From Lama guanicoe (lineage: Eukaryota), in NCBI GenBank assembly GCA_013239625.1, contig MU053810.1:6544122-6608121 (forward strand): 64,000 bases of DNA. The letters are read 5' to 3'. The notes beneath the pieces were generated by a model, which saw only the letters and a program-made list of their open reading frames with translations, did not search any database and was not told the DNA's origin. The position numbers and the translations under genes are program-made. Positions within the stretch are counted from its first letter, which is position 1. Each line of letters begins with the position of its first letter. Positions 52,695 through 64,000 of this stretch are shown in pieces.

Positions 52695-54649
52695 TAAAAT
52701 TAAGGGGTAACAAAATTCTACCCACAGTTGGAGTGAGTGGGAGAAATACACAGTAGCCAAAAAAAAAAGAAAAAAATGGTGGGCAAAACCCACATGATTG
52801 TTAATGGACCTCAGGTGTTGCCCCAGCTGATCATAGTAGGAAGAGCTACAAATCAAAATAGCTTTTCCTGCAAAGACAGAATAACGTCTGCCTTTATGAT
52901 CACGTGATTCCTTGCATTGTGTATAACAAATCAGTAGGATCTGATCATTTGAATCACTTCTTTATAAACTTGCAATCTCACCTTCACCCATTCCCATATT
53001 TGCTATTATATTCAGTTAAAATAGCTGTTTTCCAAGATGATGCTCAGAAAAAGATGACGATAAGTACAGACCTTCAACCTCAAATTTGCTGGTCAAATAT
53101 TTAGTGTGATGCACAGTAACATAATCAGAGACCATATAAATTCATGTTCAAAATTCAGTCCACATGGCTCTCTTCTTGGAATTAGGTTAACGGGTGCCTC
53201 CCCGACTCCTTCACTGTCTGCTCTGGGCGGAGAGGGCTGACGTGTGGGCGAAGCAGCTTCTTTCTTTTTCTCATCTGTCGGGCAATCAAAGAGTTAAAGA
53301 ATTGCCTTCCTCCCAATCTTTGCTATAATCAGCCATTGTCTAGAAGTCCCCCTTAGCCACCCCCAGATTTTAGATATTTTATTTGAGATGGGAGGAATTA
53401 AACTATTTAAGAGTCAAAGCATGAATATCATGCTTTCTACGGAACTTGGTCCTACTTGGTCCTTGTCCTGTTGATGCTCTATCCTCAGTCACTTGTCACA
53501 TAATCTATTTATTACACTTCGTTCTTCTGCACTCAGTGAGTCCCTGAGTCCTTCAGACTCGGTCTGTAGGGTATTACTTGTCTGTTGCCTTCTCCCCATT
53601 CCTGCTGGTTTAACCCTAATGCACGCCTGCACTGCATAGATATTTTCCTTTTCTGGATTGGCTGGAATTTGGAAGCACAGATAATATTTTGTGCCTTTTT
53701 ATAACTCCTCACATGCATAATAGTATCCACTTGTAGAAGACTTGCAAAATATTTGTTAGAGGGTTTTATATTTTGCATCATCAAACTGCTGCACAAAAAT
53801 GGCTTGACTCTCCCTCAGATTCAAATGTCCTTATATGTCTTTTAAACTACCCACTTAAAAACTCCTGAATTTATTTTTTTTGGCTTGCTAGAAGATAGAT
53901 ATGTGCATATTACAAATAGCTGCTTTATGAATTATTTGGTTATAAATTCATTGGCAGCTGATACTGAGATGCACGTCCTCAAACATGAAGACGATGACAT
54001 TTTAGAAAAATAGGAGCAGTTATTTTAAGCCAGTGAAAAACAGAGTGGCCCATTTTGGTCTTGGTTAATAATGTCCCCAAATTTATTCCTCAGCTGTTCA
54101 TATGCCACAAGCTAGCACCAGTCAGGCATAACAGTGCCAGATGTATGTACTTTTCAATCTGAAAAGAGGGCATAAATGAGTCGTGTAAGCCCCGTGGCTG
54201 GTTGACGCGGCATATCTGTGGGGAAGTTGGTGTCCCAGATTCGTGCGTGCAAGCTCCTTTTGTGCCTATCTGGGGAAGTCACAGCTGACCAGCTACCACG
54301 AAGGACCGCTCTTTCTTTCAGGGTATTCCTATTGTTTCATATAATCTTTGAAACTGCTTCTTGAGAGCATCTGTTTGACTATTTCACTCGCTTACACTGC
54401 TTACATACATCAAATCACAGTCTGCCCTGGGATGGACATCTTGGATGTCTGTCAGCCAGAGGAGGTTTGCCAGAAACAGGAAAATAGACTGCATATTATA
54501 GAAATGGCTACAATTGAAAATTAGGGGAAATAAAATAAAACCAGGTGATCTTTAATCTCTCTTCTTCTATGAGTCTTGACATTAGTTTACAGACGCTAAT
54601 GAGATTCATTTTCATATATATATAAGGTTTTCATTTAAGACAGACATCT

Positions 54650-54672
54650 CACACACACACACAGACACACAC
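54650..54672. repeat. (CA)n microsatellite, interrupted
   Basis: Read directly. Confidence 0.85.
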
Positions 54673-55944
54673 AGATGCTCCACAAGCCTTCAGGGCCAGC
54701 TTTTAATGAGATAACCAGAATCTATTGAAAGAGATCCAAAGTTAAATAGCCGTGTAATGATCTCTGCTACATGGTGAATGGTAATACACAGGGGACAGAA
54801 GAAAGACTATCAGTAAAGTTCACAAACATGGTAATATCTAAATGTTTTCTAAGGCACTGGCTGATTTTAAGTGTTCAGTATAAAATAAATCAGGAGAAGA
54901 AAATCCCTCTCCCATTTTATTACTCATTTCTCTTCTAGGAAAGAGTAGCTTCAGTTTTCAGTTAACCAAACCTATTATGAAATATTTCCTAATAAAAGTA
55001 AAAGAGTTTTATTCACATTAATTATGAAATTTGGTTTGTAATTCTACTTAGCCATTGATTTCAGCTCATGTTTTATATAAATCTGCTGTTGAACTCTTTT
55101 TTAAATCATTCCAGTACCTTTATCTTTAAAACCTCTGCCTCTGTGGGTGGCTGTGGCTGTAATCCGATAACCAGCAATTCAGTAAAAACCCTTTCTGGGG
55201 TGTTTATTTCCCCTGTTTTGTAGGCCATCGCTTTTCTTGAGGTCATAAGCATGTAGAAACTCCCAGGGCATTTCTGAAAGTGTATTTGTTAGGAGAATTA
55301 TATCCAATAAATGAGATTTTAATACCATTGAGATCTACCACACTATGAGGCGGTCCTGATAAAATCGAAGGGATCAGTTCTAAGAGTGCTGTTTTAGCAG
55401 CGACATGTGATACTTGTGGTTCTTCAAGACTGGAGAATATCAGTTTGAAGCTTAATGCCAGAAGGGTACAGAAAAGTCAAGCTAACTTGCATGGTGTGAT
55501 TTAATATTCTGTTGTTAACCTGATTATTTGTTTGATGAAAATTTGGTAAGCTATCATGACATGGATCTTACTGAATTTCTCAGAGTAGCCATAATCGTAT
55601 AGAGCCTGCTGAAGGACTTACATCTACTGACGTCATGGAATATGCTTCCCTTAATGAAAAAAATAAACCCATGTGACAGCTGAAGCGCGGGCTGTTTCAC
55701 CTGGTCCCTCCACCACAGTAACTATGAGACTAGTTAGTTTCCTTCTTAACTTCCTTGAGGAGTGTTCCCCACCCCCCTCCTCCTGCTAATTCATGTCCTT
55801 TCTGATGGCCCTGTAGTACCCTAGATGGGTTTTGCGAATTGCATTGGCAGTGGCCCTTACTCTTGTTCCTCTGTGTGGTCACTTAGTTATCAAAAGTGAA
55901 GTTATGGATCACTAGGTCTAGATATAATATCGCTAATTGTGTTA

Positions 55945-56315
55945 ATCAGTATAGGTCAGCTATGCTGCCGTACTGTATAACTCTTAAATCTCACTAGCTT
56001 AAAGCTGAACTTTATCTCTCACTCATAGTATGTACTAACAGCACAGGCTGGGAACTCAGCTCCATGCTAGGGATGCGGGGAATGCAGAGTCCACCCTCTG
56101 CTGCATCTGTGGTGTGTTTCAGAGCAAAGGAATCATGGTGAATCAGCCCTGCTCCTTTTGTCTTGACATGATATTCATTGCTTCGGCTCAGATTTCATTA
56201 GCCAGAGAAAGTCCCAGATCTACACCTATCCTCAAAGGGGAAGGAAAATGTAGTTCTACCATGTGTCAGAAAGAGGAAAATTAAAACATCATCAAACAGC
56301 ACTAATGTCTACCAT
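55945..56315 (-). mobile_element. MLT1-type LTR, degraded
   Basis: ggtcagctatgctgccgtac...aaatctcactagctta...atttcattagccagagaaagtc...gttctaccatgtgtcagaa. Confidence 0.55.
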
Positions 56316-56455
56316 ATTTACATTAACTTATTAAACAATTCTAGGTGTATGTATGGCATGTCTGTTTGGCCATTCTATGTGCGGGTTTGGAGCTCAGAAG
56401 AACTGTGGAAGTCTACAGTAACAGATGAGATCATCTAGAAAGGAAGGGGTTACAG

Positions 56456-56767
56456 GACTGCACTGTCCATTACAGTCGCTGTGAGCCCCATGTGGCTATC
56501 GGGTACTCGCAGAGGACTGGTCTAAAATGAGAGGTGCTGTCAGTGTAAAATATATACTGGAGTTAAGACTTAGCATGAAAAAAGTATGTAAAATGTCTTG
56601 ATAATTTTCATGTTGATTAAACTTTAAAATGATAACATTTTCAGTATATGGATTCCAAAATGTATTACTAAAATTAATTTCACTTGATTCTTTCTGCTTC
56701 TTCCTAACATGGCTACTAGGAAATTTACAATATCTAGCTTGCAATGTAGTTTTACTGCCCAGTACTG
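56456..56767. mobile_element. MER33-like (hAT-Charlie) DNA transposon
   Basis: gcactgtcca...atgtggcta...agtgtaaaatatatactgga...taaaattaatttcac...atggctactaggaaattt, with terminal inverted repeat remnants. Confidence 0.75.
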
Positions 56768-57187
56768 TTAAGAGTGATTAGAGAGGAGGTCTAAAATGAG
56801 GCATAGGAACAAAAGAGCAAGTTTTCAGGAACAACTGAAGAGCTCAAAGAAAATACAAGTGCCTTAATACTGAAGGCAGAGAAGTGACGCCTCAGAGAAA
56901 AGTGATCAGTATTGCAAACTGCGAGTGTAGTGGTTTTGATATTATTATTTCCTGTCAGAGCTGCAGGAACTGTCTCACTGTGGTATCACCTAAAGCTACT
57001 CTAGAGTGTCAGGAGTATTCCCCTGGCAACATTTTTCATGCAGAGAAAGTAGAGAAATGCTATGAGTTATTAAAAGATTGAAAAATTGCTTTATTTTACT
57101 TCCTATGGATTGTAATACTGATTATTCCTTGTCATTAACATGTTGGTGTGGAAACCAAATTAAATTTAAACAAATCAAGAAACACTT

Positions 57188-57229
57188 GGACAGCGGGCAG
57201 GAGCCATGGGACAGCAGGCAGGAGCCATG
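57188..57229 (+). repeat. 21-bp tandem duplication spanning the FAHD1 start codon
   Basis: ggacagcgggcaggagccatg (57188-57208) and ggacagcaggcaggagccatg (57209-57229), 1 mismatch. Confidence 0.95.
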
Positions 57230-57853
57230 GCTGCCACCAGGCCGCTGTCCCGCTCTGGGAATGGGGAAGAACATCGTGTGCGTGGCAGGAACTATGCGGA
57301 TCGAGTCAGGGAGATGCAGAGCGAGGTGCCGAGGGAGCCGGCGCTCTTCCTGAAGCCGGCCCGCCTACGCCCCGAGGGCTCGCGGGCCCTGATGCCCGCC
57401 TGCAGCCGCAACCTGCACCACGAGCTCGAGCTGGGCGTAGTGATGGGCAAGCGCGGCCGTGCCGTCCCGGAGGCCGCGGCCAGCGACTACGTGGCCGGCT
57501 ATGCCCTGTGCCCGGACATGACCGCCAGGGATGTGCAGGACGAGTGCAAGAAGGGGCTGCCTTGGACTCTGGCCAAGAGCTTCACGGCCTCCTGCCCTGT
57601 CAACGCGTTCGTGCCCAAAGAGAAGATCCCTGACCCTCACAACCTGAAGCTCTGGCTCAAGGTCAACGGCGAACTCAGGCAGGAGGGTGAGACATCCTCC
57701 ATGTTTTCTGAGATAATGATCTTGGAAGAAGGAGATATTATCTTGACAGGGACACCAAAGGGAGTGGGACCTGTTAAAGAAAACGATGAGACCCAGGCTG
57801 TCATACACGGGGTCGTCAGTAAGAAATTTAAGGTGGGAAGGCCAGAATATTGA
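57206..57853 (+). pseudogene. FAHD1: FAHD1 (fumarylacetoacetate hydrolase domain-containing 1) retrocopy with an open 215-aa ORF
   Basis: The translation matches FAHD1 (GRNYAD, LFLKP, NLHHELELGVVMGKR, DMTARDVQDECKK, LPWTLAKSFTASCP, KLWLKVNGELRQEGETSSM, LEEGDIILTGTPKGVGPV, C-terminal PEY). It is a GC/CpG-rich block with an abrupt 5' edge in AT-rich DNA, with no upstream CpG island or HAGH neighbour as at the parental locus. It carries multiple indels, and FAHD1-like 3' UTR follows the stop. Confidence 0.93.
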
Positions 57854-57984
57854 GTTTATACAAGGCACCCTAACTTATTAACACAAGTTTCAGGGCAGAA
57901 GGGAAGGAGACAAAAGCAAGCAAGCAAAGGTTATTTAATTAAATATGACAATTTTTAATACGAAGCCAATTTTTTAAATGATTA

Positions 57985-58038
57985 GATTAACTGAATCACA
58001 GTACTGTACACCAGAAGTTAATACAACATTGTAAATCA
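57985..58038 (+). mobile_element. Tiny L1 3' tip within the FAHD1 3' UTR region
   Basis: actgaatcac...ctgtacaccagaagttaatacaacattgtaaatcaactatact + A-tail. Confidence 0.75.
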
Positions 58039-59544
58039 ACTATACTTAAATTAAAAAAGGGATGTAAATTAATAAGTGATTGTATTGCTATACCTCAACC
58101 CAAGGAAGATGGACCCTCCAAGAAAAACCTGATCTAGAAGAGGTGGACCAGAAATGGAAATGAGAAACAGTGCCTTCTAGGAAACAACAAGCCACACATT
58201 CAGAAGACTTCCTTTCCTAAAACTCGACTGGATAAGACTTTTTTCATTGGGTCATTTCTGGGACCAGATGTTCAAGACTTAAAATCTGCAAAGGAAGCAG
58301 AAAAGCACGTTCCCCAAATTTTCTTGATTATGAAAATCATCCGGAGGTATTTGTAAAAATAAAAATTCCCAAATTACTGCCCCCCCCAAAAAACTTTAAG
58401 TAGCCTTCATCTTTGTGATGGTACTCATGATACTGAGGCATAAGAGGATAATGTGGTTTTTATGGACGTTAGAATTAGTACTGTTTTCTATGACCTTCAA
58501 CAACTCTTAGTGAAGAATGTTAGCCAACTTTAAATGACTTTTTTCATTTGCATTAATTAATTAATCCATGTATTTATGGATTTGCAAGTATTATGGCTGT
58601 AAATATTTTATATGAACTAATTAGCAGTATTTTATTACCCTTAGTCAAATCATGATAAAACACTGGGTTTTCTGCAGGCAGGGCTCTGTTACATGGACTA
58701 AAGATAGTCTGTTGTCCTCTAGCCATGTCCCCTGCTGAAGAACTGGTGGAGATGGAAGAAATTGTTCTTAGTGGTCCAGTAGCACGAGTGCTCTTACTGG
58801 GGAACTTGATAGTCCTGGTGTTCCAAGTCCCTAAGGTTCTTGACAAAAGTCTCAGATGAAATGCATTCATTACCTTTTCTTTTCAGATTTTCCCCACTGT
58901 TCTTCCCAGCTGGAGAAAAGGGGAAGAAACCACACTCACTTCTTCTTGTTCTTTTCTAGGAGGAGGTTGAACATTATCCTTCTCTACCCTCTAGTAATCA
59001 AAGGTGACAGAGGATGCTTCTTTCTGATAAAACAGCCAAATGGAAAGGCAGTGTGGCAGACTGATGCGCAGGATGCCTGAGAGAAGTCACAGAGGTGAAG
59101 GAATCAGCCAGAGATAACAATCAGAAAACCAGGAATGGCTTCCGTTAGCACCCCCGATGCACGTGAAGATGGCAGGTGCCGTTCTGCCCTGGAGAGAGCA
59201 GTATAACCGGGCACAGGAGCACAACCCAGGTCTGTCACAGATAACCACAGGCCTGAAATCCTGAGGGGTACTTTTTGCTTGAGGAAATGAAGCTCTTAAT
59301 GCCTTCTGCCAAAAGAATGAACTGTTCTGATGTGAGGAAATGGGGAGAGTCAACAGGAGGCATGCTTGGAAGGACTGAAAAATGCCAAAGTGGGGATTCT
59401 GGCATCCAAAGGCCACGGGAGGTGCAAGGCGGTGACAAAGTGGAGGAAAGCACAAAGAAGGCCTGACACAGCGTGTGTCCCTGCAGATTCTGATGTAGCC
59501 AGACTAGCCTCCTGGTGTCCTTGAACCCTCCAGGCATGCGTCTG

Positions 59545-60326
59545 CATTAGGGCCTCCACGCTTCTTTCTTCTGGTGCAAGATCTATAAGGCCACCTTCAA
59601 TGCCGCAACGCCACTCTGAGGCTAACCATTGAGAGTTAGTGCACAGTCCACAGGCTTAAAGGTGCAGTCCCCAACAAGGCTGCCCTCCCTTTAGGTGCCA
59701 GCTGCAAGCTCAGGGGTCTACAGGCTACCCACACTCTGAGCAACTGAGTATAAATTTAGGAAGGTTTCCGTGACCTGTTCTGGTCTGATAATTTGCTAGA
59801 ATGACTCACAGCAATCACAAAAGTGCTATACTTATAATTACAGTTTTATTATGAAGGATACAAATCAGGACCAGCCGAATAAAGAGACGAGGCAAGGACG
59901 AAGAAGGTCCCAAATACAGAGCTTTCCTGAATTCTCTCTGAGGGATCAGGCTGCATCACCCTCCTGGCACGCTGATGTGTTCACCAACTAGAAAGCATAC
60001 CTGAGCCTCAGTGTCTAGAGTTTTTCTTGGGGTTTCATTATGTAGTCATAATTGAATCATCTGGCCGCATGACTGAATTCAGTTTCCAGCCCCCATCCTT
60101 CCTAGAGGTCAAGAGGTTGGGTGGCTATCACGTATCAACCCTTTAATCACATGATTGTTTTCTTCAGCATGGCCAAGTCCATCAGAGCCATCTCATTAGC
60201 ATAAACTCAGATTGGCTAAGATGTTCACATAGAGCAGAGATACTCTTATAACTCAGGAGATGTCAAAGATATAGAGGTTACCTCCCAGGAACCAAGGACA
60301 AAGACTGGACAAATTATTATACAACA
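59545..60326 (-). mobile_element. MER21-like ERVL LTR (3' LTR)
   Basis: tgataatttgctagaatgactcacag...ttacagttttattatgaaggataca; the minus strand starts tgttgtataat after a purine tract (gagggg). Confidence 0.75.
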
Positions 60327-61470
60327 GATTATCCCCTCATTTTTGCCCGTGGCTCCCTTAAATGATCATATTTGTCTGAACTTCTATATTTGGTGTAGCC
60401 TTTATATAACAAGAATATTAATATGAATATGCCTAACATTTGGAGGAGCTGGGATTGGGTGGGGATTTTCCCTGTTAAAATAGAAGTCAAAAGATCCTAG
60501 CCCATTACTGGAACCTCATTTGGTCATTAATAATTAATCCAACCCATCATTATATTGTATGACCCAAATGTCTCCCAGGATAGGTCCCCTCAGGTGTGCA
60601 GGCTTCTATTCAACCTTGTCACCTTCCAAAAGTAGGAGTGGTCTCAGTAATACATGGCTTCACCCTTTCAGGTATCTGGTATAATTGAATGAAAAGACAA
60701 TGTCCTCTCTGAGCCTTTTCTGAAGCATTAATATAGTAATGGGTTTTTCCTAACTACCCAATCCATTTATTCATTTCTTTATGCTCAGTTACTATTCCTT
60801 CTCTTCTCCATTTAGACCCAAAGTTTTCCACCATTGGAAGGGAGTTTAAGTTCAGCCACTGTGCTGGTTTAGATTGTAGACTACAATACTAGATGAGCAA
60901 GTGTCTCCCCCTTGGTCCACTGTTACTCATGGAAGGCAGGGTTACATAGGTGCATATACTCAGTCCATCACATCAACCCATCTCTGCATTGCTCCAGCCC
61001 TTCAGTGTCCACTCACTTCATGGAACCAGGTGGCCACCTCAGGTGAGCACCCTGGGATAGCCACTGGCCAGCTCAAATTACTTCCACTCCTGGTAGGGGG
61101 TTTTTCTGATGGTCATTGATTGACATGTCTTACTTTAATGCACCCTTCAAATTTCCATGGTGATTTCTACAGGATTCTCCTCAACCCAAGCATCCTTTAA
61201 TAGGCCAGTTGCCCATTGCCTGTCTGCTCACCTCATAGACAGGCCATTGGCCACTGCCCACAAGTTGGTGAAAACCCAAACACAGGAGAAAACATCATGC
61301 CATTCTGTTATTCAGTCTCCGGGCTGACTTATTTTGACTTTCATTGATCAGAGTGTCAGCCTTCCAAACAGGATGCTGTCTGATCACCTTGGAACTGCCA
61401 TCCATAAAACAAGCAGCTCTTTGTTTAGTCAATCAAGAGCTGTTTATGGGGAACAGTCCAAGTGGTAATA
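60327..61470 (-). mobile_element. ERVL internal remnant with degraded pol RNase H
   Basis: Minus-strand translations FMDGSSK (~61390-61410) and VWVFTNLWAVANGL (~61240-61283) match the retroviral RNase H motifs F(T)DGS and YTDSWAVANGL. Confidence 0.75.
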
Positions 61471-61769
61471 AAATCCAGCAAAGTCAGTCCCAGGGGAAAA
61501 GTTTCAACCTACTTGTAATGTCAAATAAGAATAGTATTCTCCCACACAAATCATTTCTCTTGTATTTACAGCACTGTTCTTGGCACTGCCCTCACCAAAA
61601 AAGCATTCTCTGATATCATCCAAAGCATGAGTATTTCATGTTTTCAGATTATTTTATGTCTTAGGGTCGGAGGGTTGCCTCCAAATACTGAACGATAACA
61701 ACCTAGTAATCACCATCTTCCTCCACACACACACTTCCTATCGGTTCTGTTTGCTTTGTGTTTGACTTC

Positions 61770-61968
61770 ACAGCTCTCATGACTGTCTAATATGATACAT
61801 ATTTTACTTAGTCATTCTGTATTCATTAATCTCCTTCCAACCTGTGCCGGAATGTAAATTTCGTAAGGGGAGGGATGAATGTGTGTGTGTTACTGCTTTA
61901 TCCTCATTGCCTAAAATGATGCCTGGCACATCACAGGCCCTCAGAAACATGTGTTACATGAATGAATT
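61770..61968 (+). mobile_element. L2 3' end
   Basis: gaatgtaaatttcgtaaggggaggga...atgcctggcacatcacaggccctcagaaacatgtgttacatgaatgaat. Confidence 0.7.
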
Positions 61969-62280
61969 TACAAAGGGACAGATCAACACAACATAACATA
62001 ATACTTAGCCCAGATAGAAATCTCAGGATATAAATATAACAGGATATGATAAAGATGGTATAAATCAGTGAAGAGAGGAATAGTCAAAAAATGCTGTTGA
62101 GACAATTAATAGGTCGGTAAGTTAGATAAGATACTCTCTTTAAATCTTATAGTTAAAAAGTCCAGATGCATGCAGCAGAAAACTATAAAATGAAATAATA
62201 GGACTGAAACTCTGTTAGATATTAGTGTGTGAAAGAACTTTCTAAGCATAAAAGCGATTAGAGGAGTCACAAAGTCTTAA

Positions 62281-62420
62281 TTATTATTTATTTATTTATT
62301 TTATTAAAGTATAGTTGATTTACATATCAGGTGTACAGCAAAGTGATTAATATATATATATCTATATATCTCGATTATTTTTCAGATTCTTTTCCATTAG
62401 AGGTTATTATGAGATGCTGA
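62281..62420 (-). mobile_element. Short L1 3' end inserted into older L1ME-like sequence (~61970-62770)
   Basis: (TTAT)n tail + aaagtatagttgatttaca...cagattcttttccattagaggttatta; near-TSD acaaagtcttaa / acaaagtttttaa. Confidence 0.75.
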
Positions 62421-62552
62421 TGGACAAAGTTTTTAAAACAAATGATTTAAAGTGTATAATTATCAATAGTCTTAAAACTAAAAGGCTAATGTCAAATAAG
62501 AATAAATAGTTGTAACACCTATGACAGACTAAAGATTATCCTTATAGTTCAC

Positions 62553-62561
62553 TGTGTGTGC

Positions 62562-62593
<32 letters not shown>
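62553..62593. repeat. (TG)n(TA)n compound microsatellite
   Basis: Read directly. Confidence 0.9.
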
Positions 62594-62594
<1 letters not shown>

Positions 62595-64000
62595 GTCATA
62601 TATATAGTTCATTGTATTTGTGTGTATATTTGGATATATGTATGTGTGTGAGTGCATAAAATTTTAAAGAAAATATACCATATATTAACAGTAGTAATAA
62701 GTGTATGGTGTGATTGCAGGTAACTTTTAATGCTCATTTTAAAACTTTTCTATATTTTCAAATATTCTGTAACAACTAGGTATTGTTTTTATAAGCAGAC
62801 AAGAAAGTAGGTCGCAATGAGAATAGTCTCCAAGATATTGCAGAAGTGTCCCAAGCAGAAGTGTGAACGATATTAAAATAAAAAAGCATGTAGTTTCCAG
62901 CGTCTACGGTGCATGCTGTGGTTCTCACCAAAAGTGCTAAAAAGCATGCAGACCACAATGTGAACAGATCACATGCTCTATAAAAGAACTCTGCACACTT
63001 GCAGGGAAATCTCAATGGGCAGAGGTACGTGACTATAGCGCTCAGAGGAAGTCAGCCATTGTGGACAGAAACTCACTTCTGTAAATCCTGATGGGTTCTC
63101 AGCCTGCCTGATGAGCCAAGAGGGGGAAAACCCCATTTCCTCATATAAATCAGGGGAACAAAGCATAGAGCTAACTCCCAAAATAACAGTGATGGAGGCT
63201 TATGGATATGACAGTAACAACTAAAGCCAAGGGCGGCCTCTAATCTTCACAGATTAATGGACTTTCCTGAAGTAATAAAATTTCCCACTATCTGTATTTT
63301 ATTTTTATTTTCCAAAAAGAGAAACTAAGGGAAAAGTAATATTCACACTACATCAACACTGTCTTTGAAACTCTGAAGTCCATTGTTTCTCTTGTGTATC
63401 TAATGGTGCACGTGAAGGCTCTGAATTTCTTTTAACATTGTTAAGGAACACAGCCTTTTTGTAGAGAGCTGTGTCTGTCTAAAAATAGGCCTGTTTTCAA
63501 ATATGAACTAAAACTCCTACAGCTTGAATTAAACACATCCTTTCAAATCAGAATAGTTGGGAGTGGTGTGATTTGTTTATATGAGACCACAGAATACTGG
63601 CTTTGACTGCTTGTTACAAAATCTAAATAGGAAATTGGCTGAACTTTACATTTACAATGAGAAAATTTTTCTAAATTGTTCATAGACTTGTATTTTCTAT
63701 ATGCAAATGCAAAGTTTCTCAAAACATGAGTCTTGCCTCCTTCTTGGTAAATCCCACCACCCATCCTCCTTGACGATGTGACCCAGAAGTCTCGAACTAC
63801 TTCCGAGAAGACCTCTGTTCCCTGTGACTTTCACATGCTGTCTCCACTGTCTGGGGTGAATGGACTCTGTATGAAGATGGCCAGAGTTTGTATCTTGTTG
63901 GTCCTTTTGCTAACATCTGCCCCCAAATTCAAATTTAGTAAATACACCGGCATTGAATGAGTGTGACACACTTACATTATATCCAATCCACTCTTAGGAC

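Noticed and set aside
57206..57853. Possibility that this is the functional parental FAHD1 locus
   Set aside because: No upstream CpG-island promoter or head-to-head HAGH, AT-rich flanks, and multiple indels in conserved segments.
57365..57868. 167-aa minus-strand ORF and 161-aa alternative-frame ORF (57148-57633)
   Set aside because: These are shadow ORFs of the GC-rich FAHD1 coding sequence.
57854..58700. Poly(A) tail and TSD of the FAHD1 retrocopy
   Set aside because: No convincing match to the 5' flank was found, so the 3' boundary is left unresolved.
1..64000. CRISPR arrays, operons or other prokaryotic systems
   Set aside because: The sequence is mammalian genomic DNA with no regularly spaced repeat-spacer arrays or gene-dense regions.

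Overview
AT-rich, repeat-dense mammalian genomic DNA. It is most likely camelid (alpaca/camel), judging from two tRNA-Ala-derived Vic-1-type SINEs and camelid-like L1 3' ends. Much of the window is transposon debris: L1 fragments of several ages (many with target-site duplications), MIR, L2, MaLR/MLT LTRs, an ERVL/MER21-type LTR with pol RNase H remnants, and the hAT elements MER20 and MER33. The only protein homology I recognise is a FAHD1 retrocopy (57206-57853). Its ORF stays open despite several compensating indels, but it has lost the catalytic His30 equivalent. Other notable structures: (i) three pieces of 5842-6194 copied in order into and just beyond a neighbouring L1, which looks like template switching; (ii) a chain of phase-compatible minus-strand exon candidates (25549 to 13819) ending in a duplicated AATAAA, possibly an unrecognised ~175-aa gene or lncRNA; (iii) two independent L1 insertions truncated at almost the same ORF2 position. 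Repeat subfamily names come from memory of consensus sequences and boundaries are approximate. No prokaryotic-type features (CRISPR, operons) are present.
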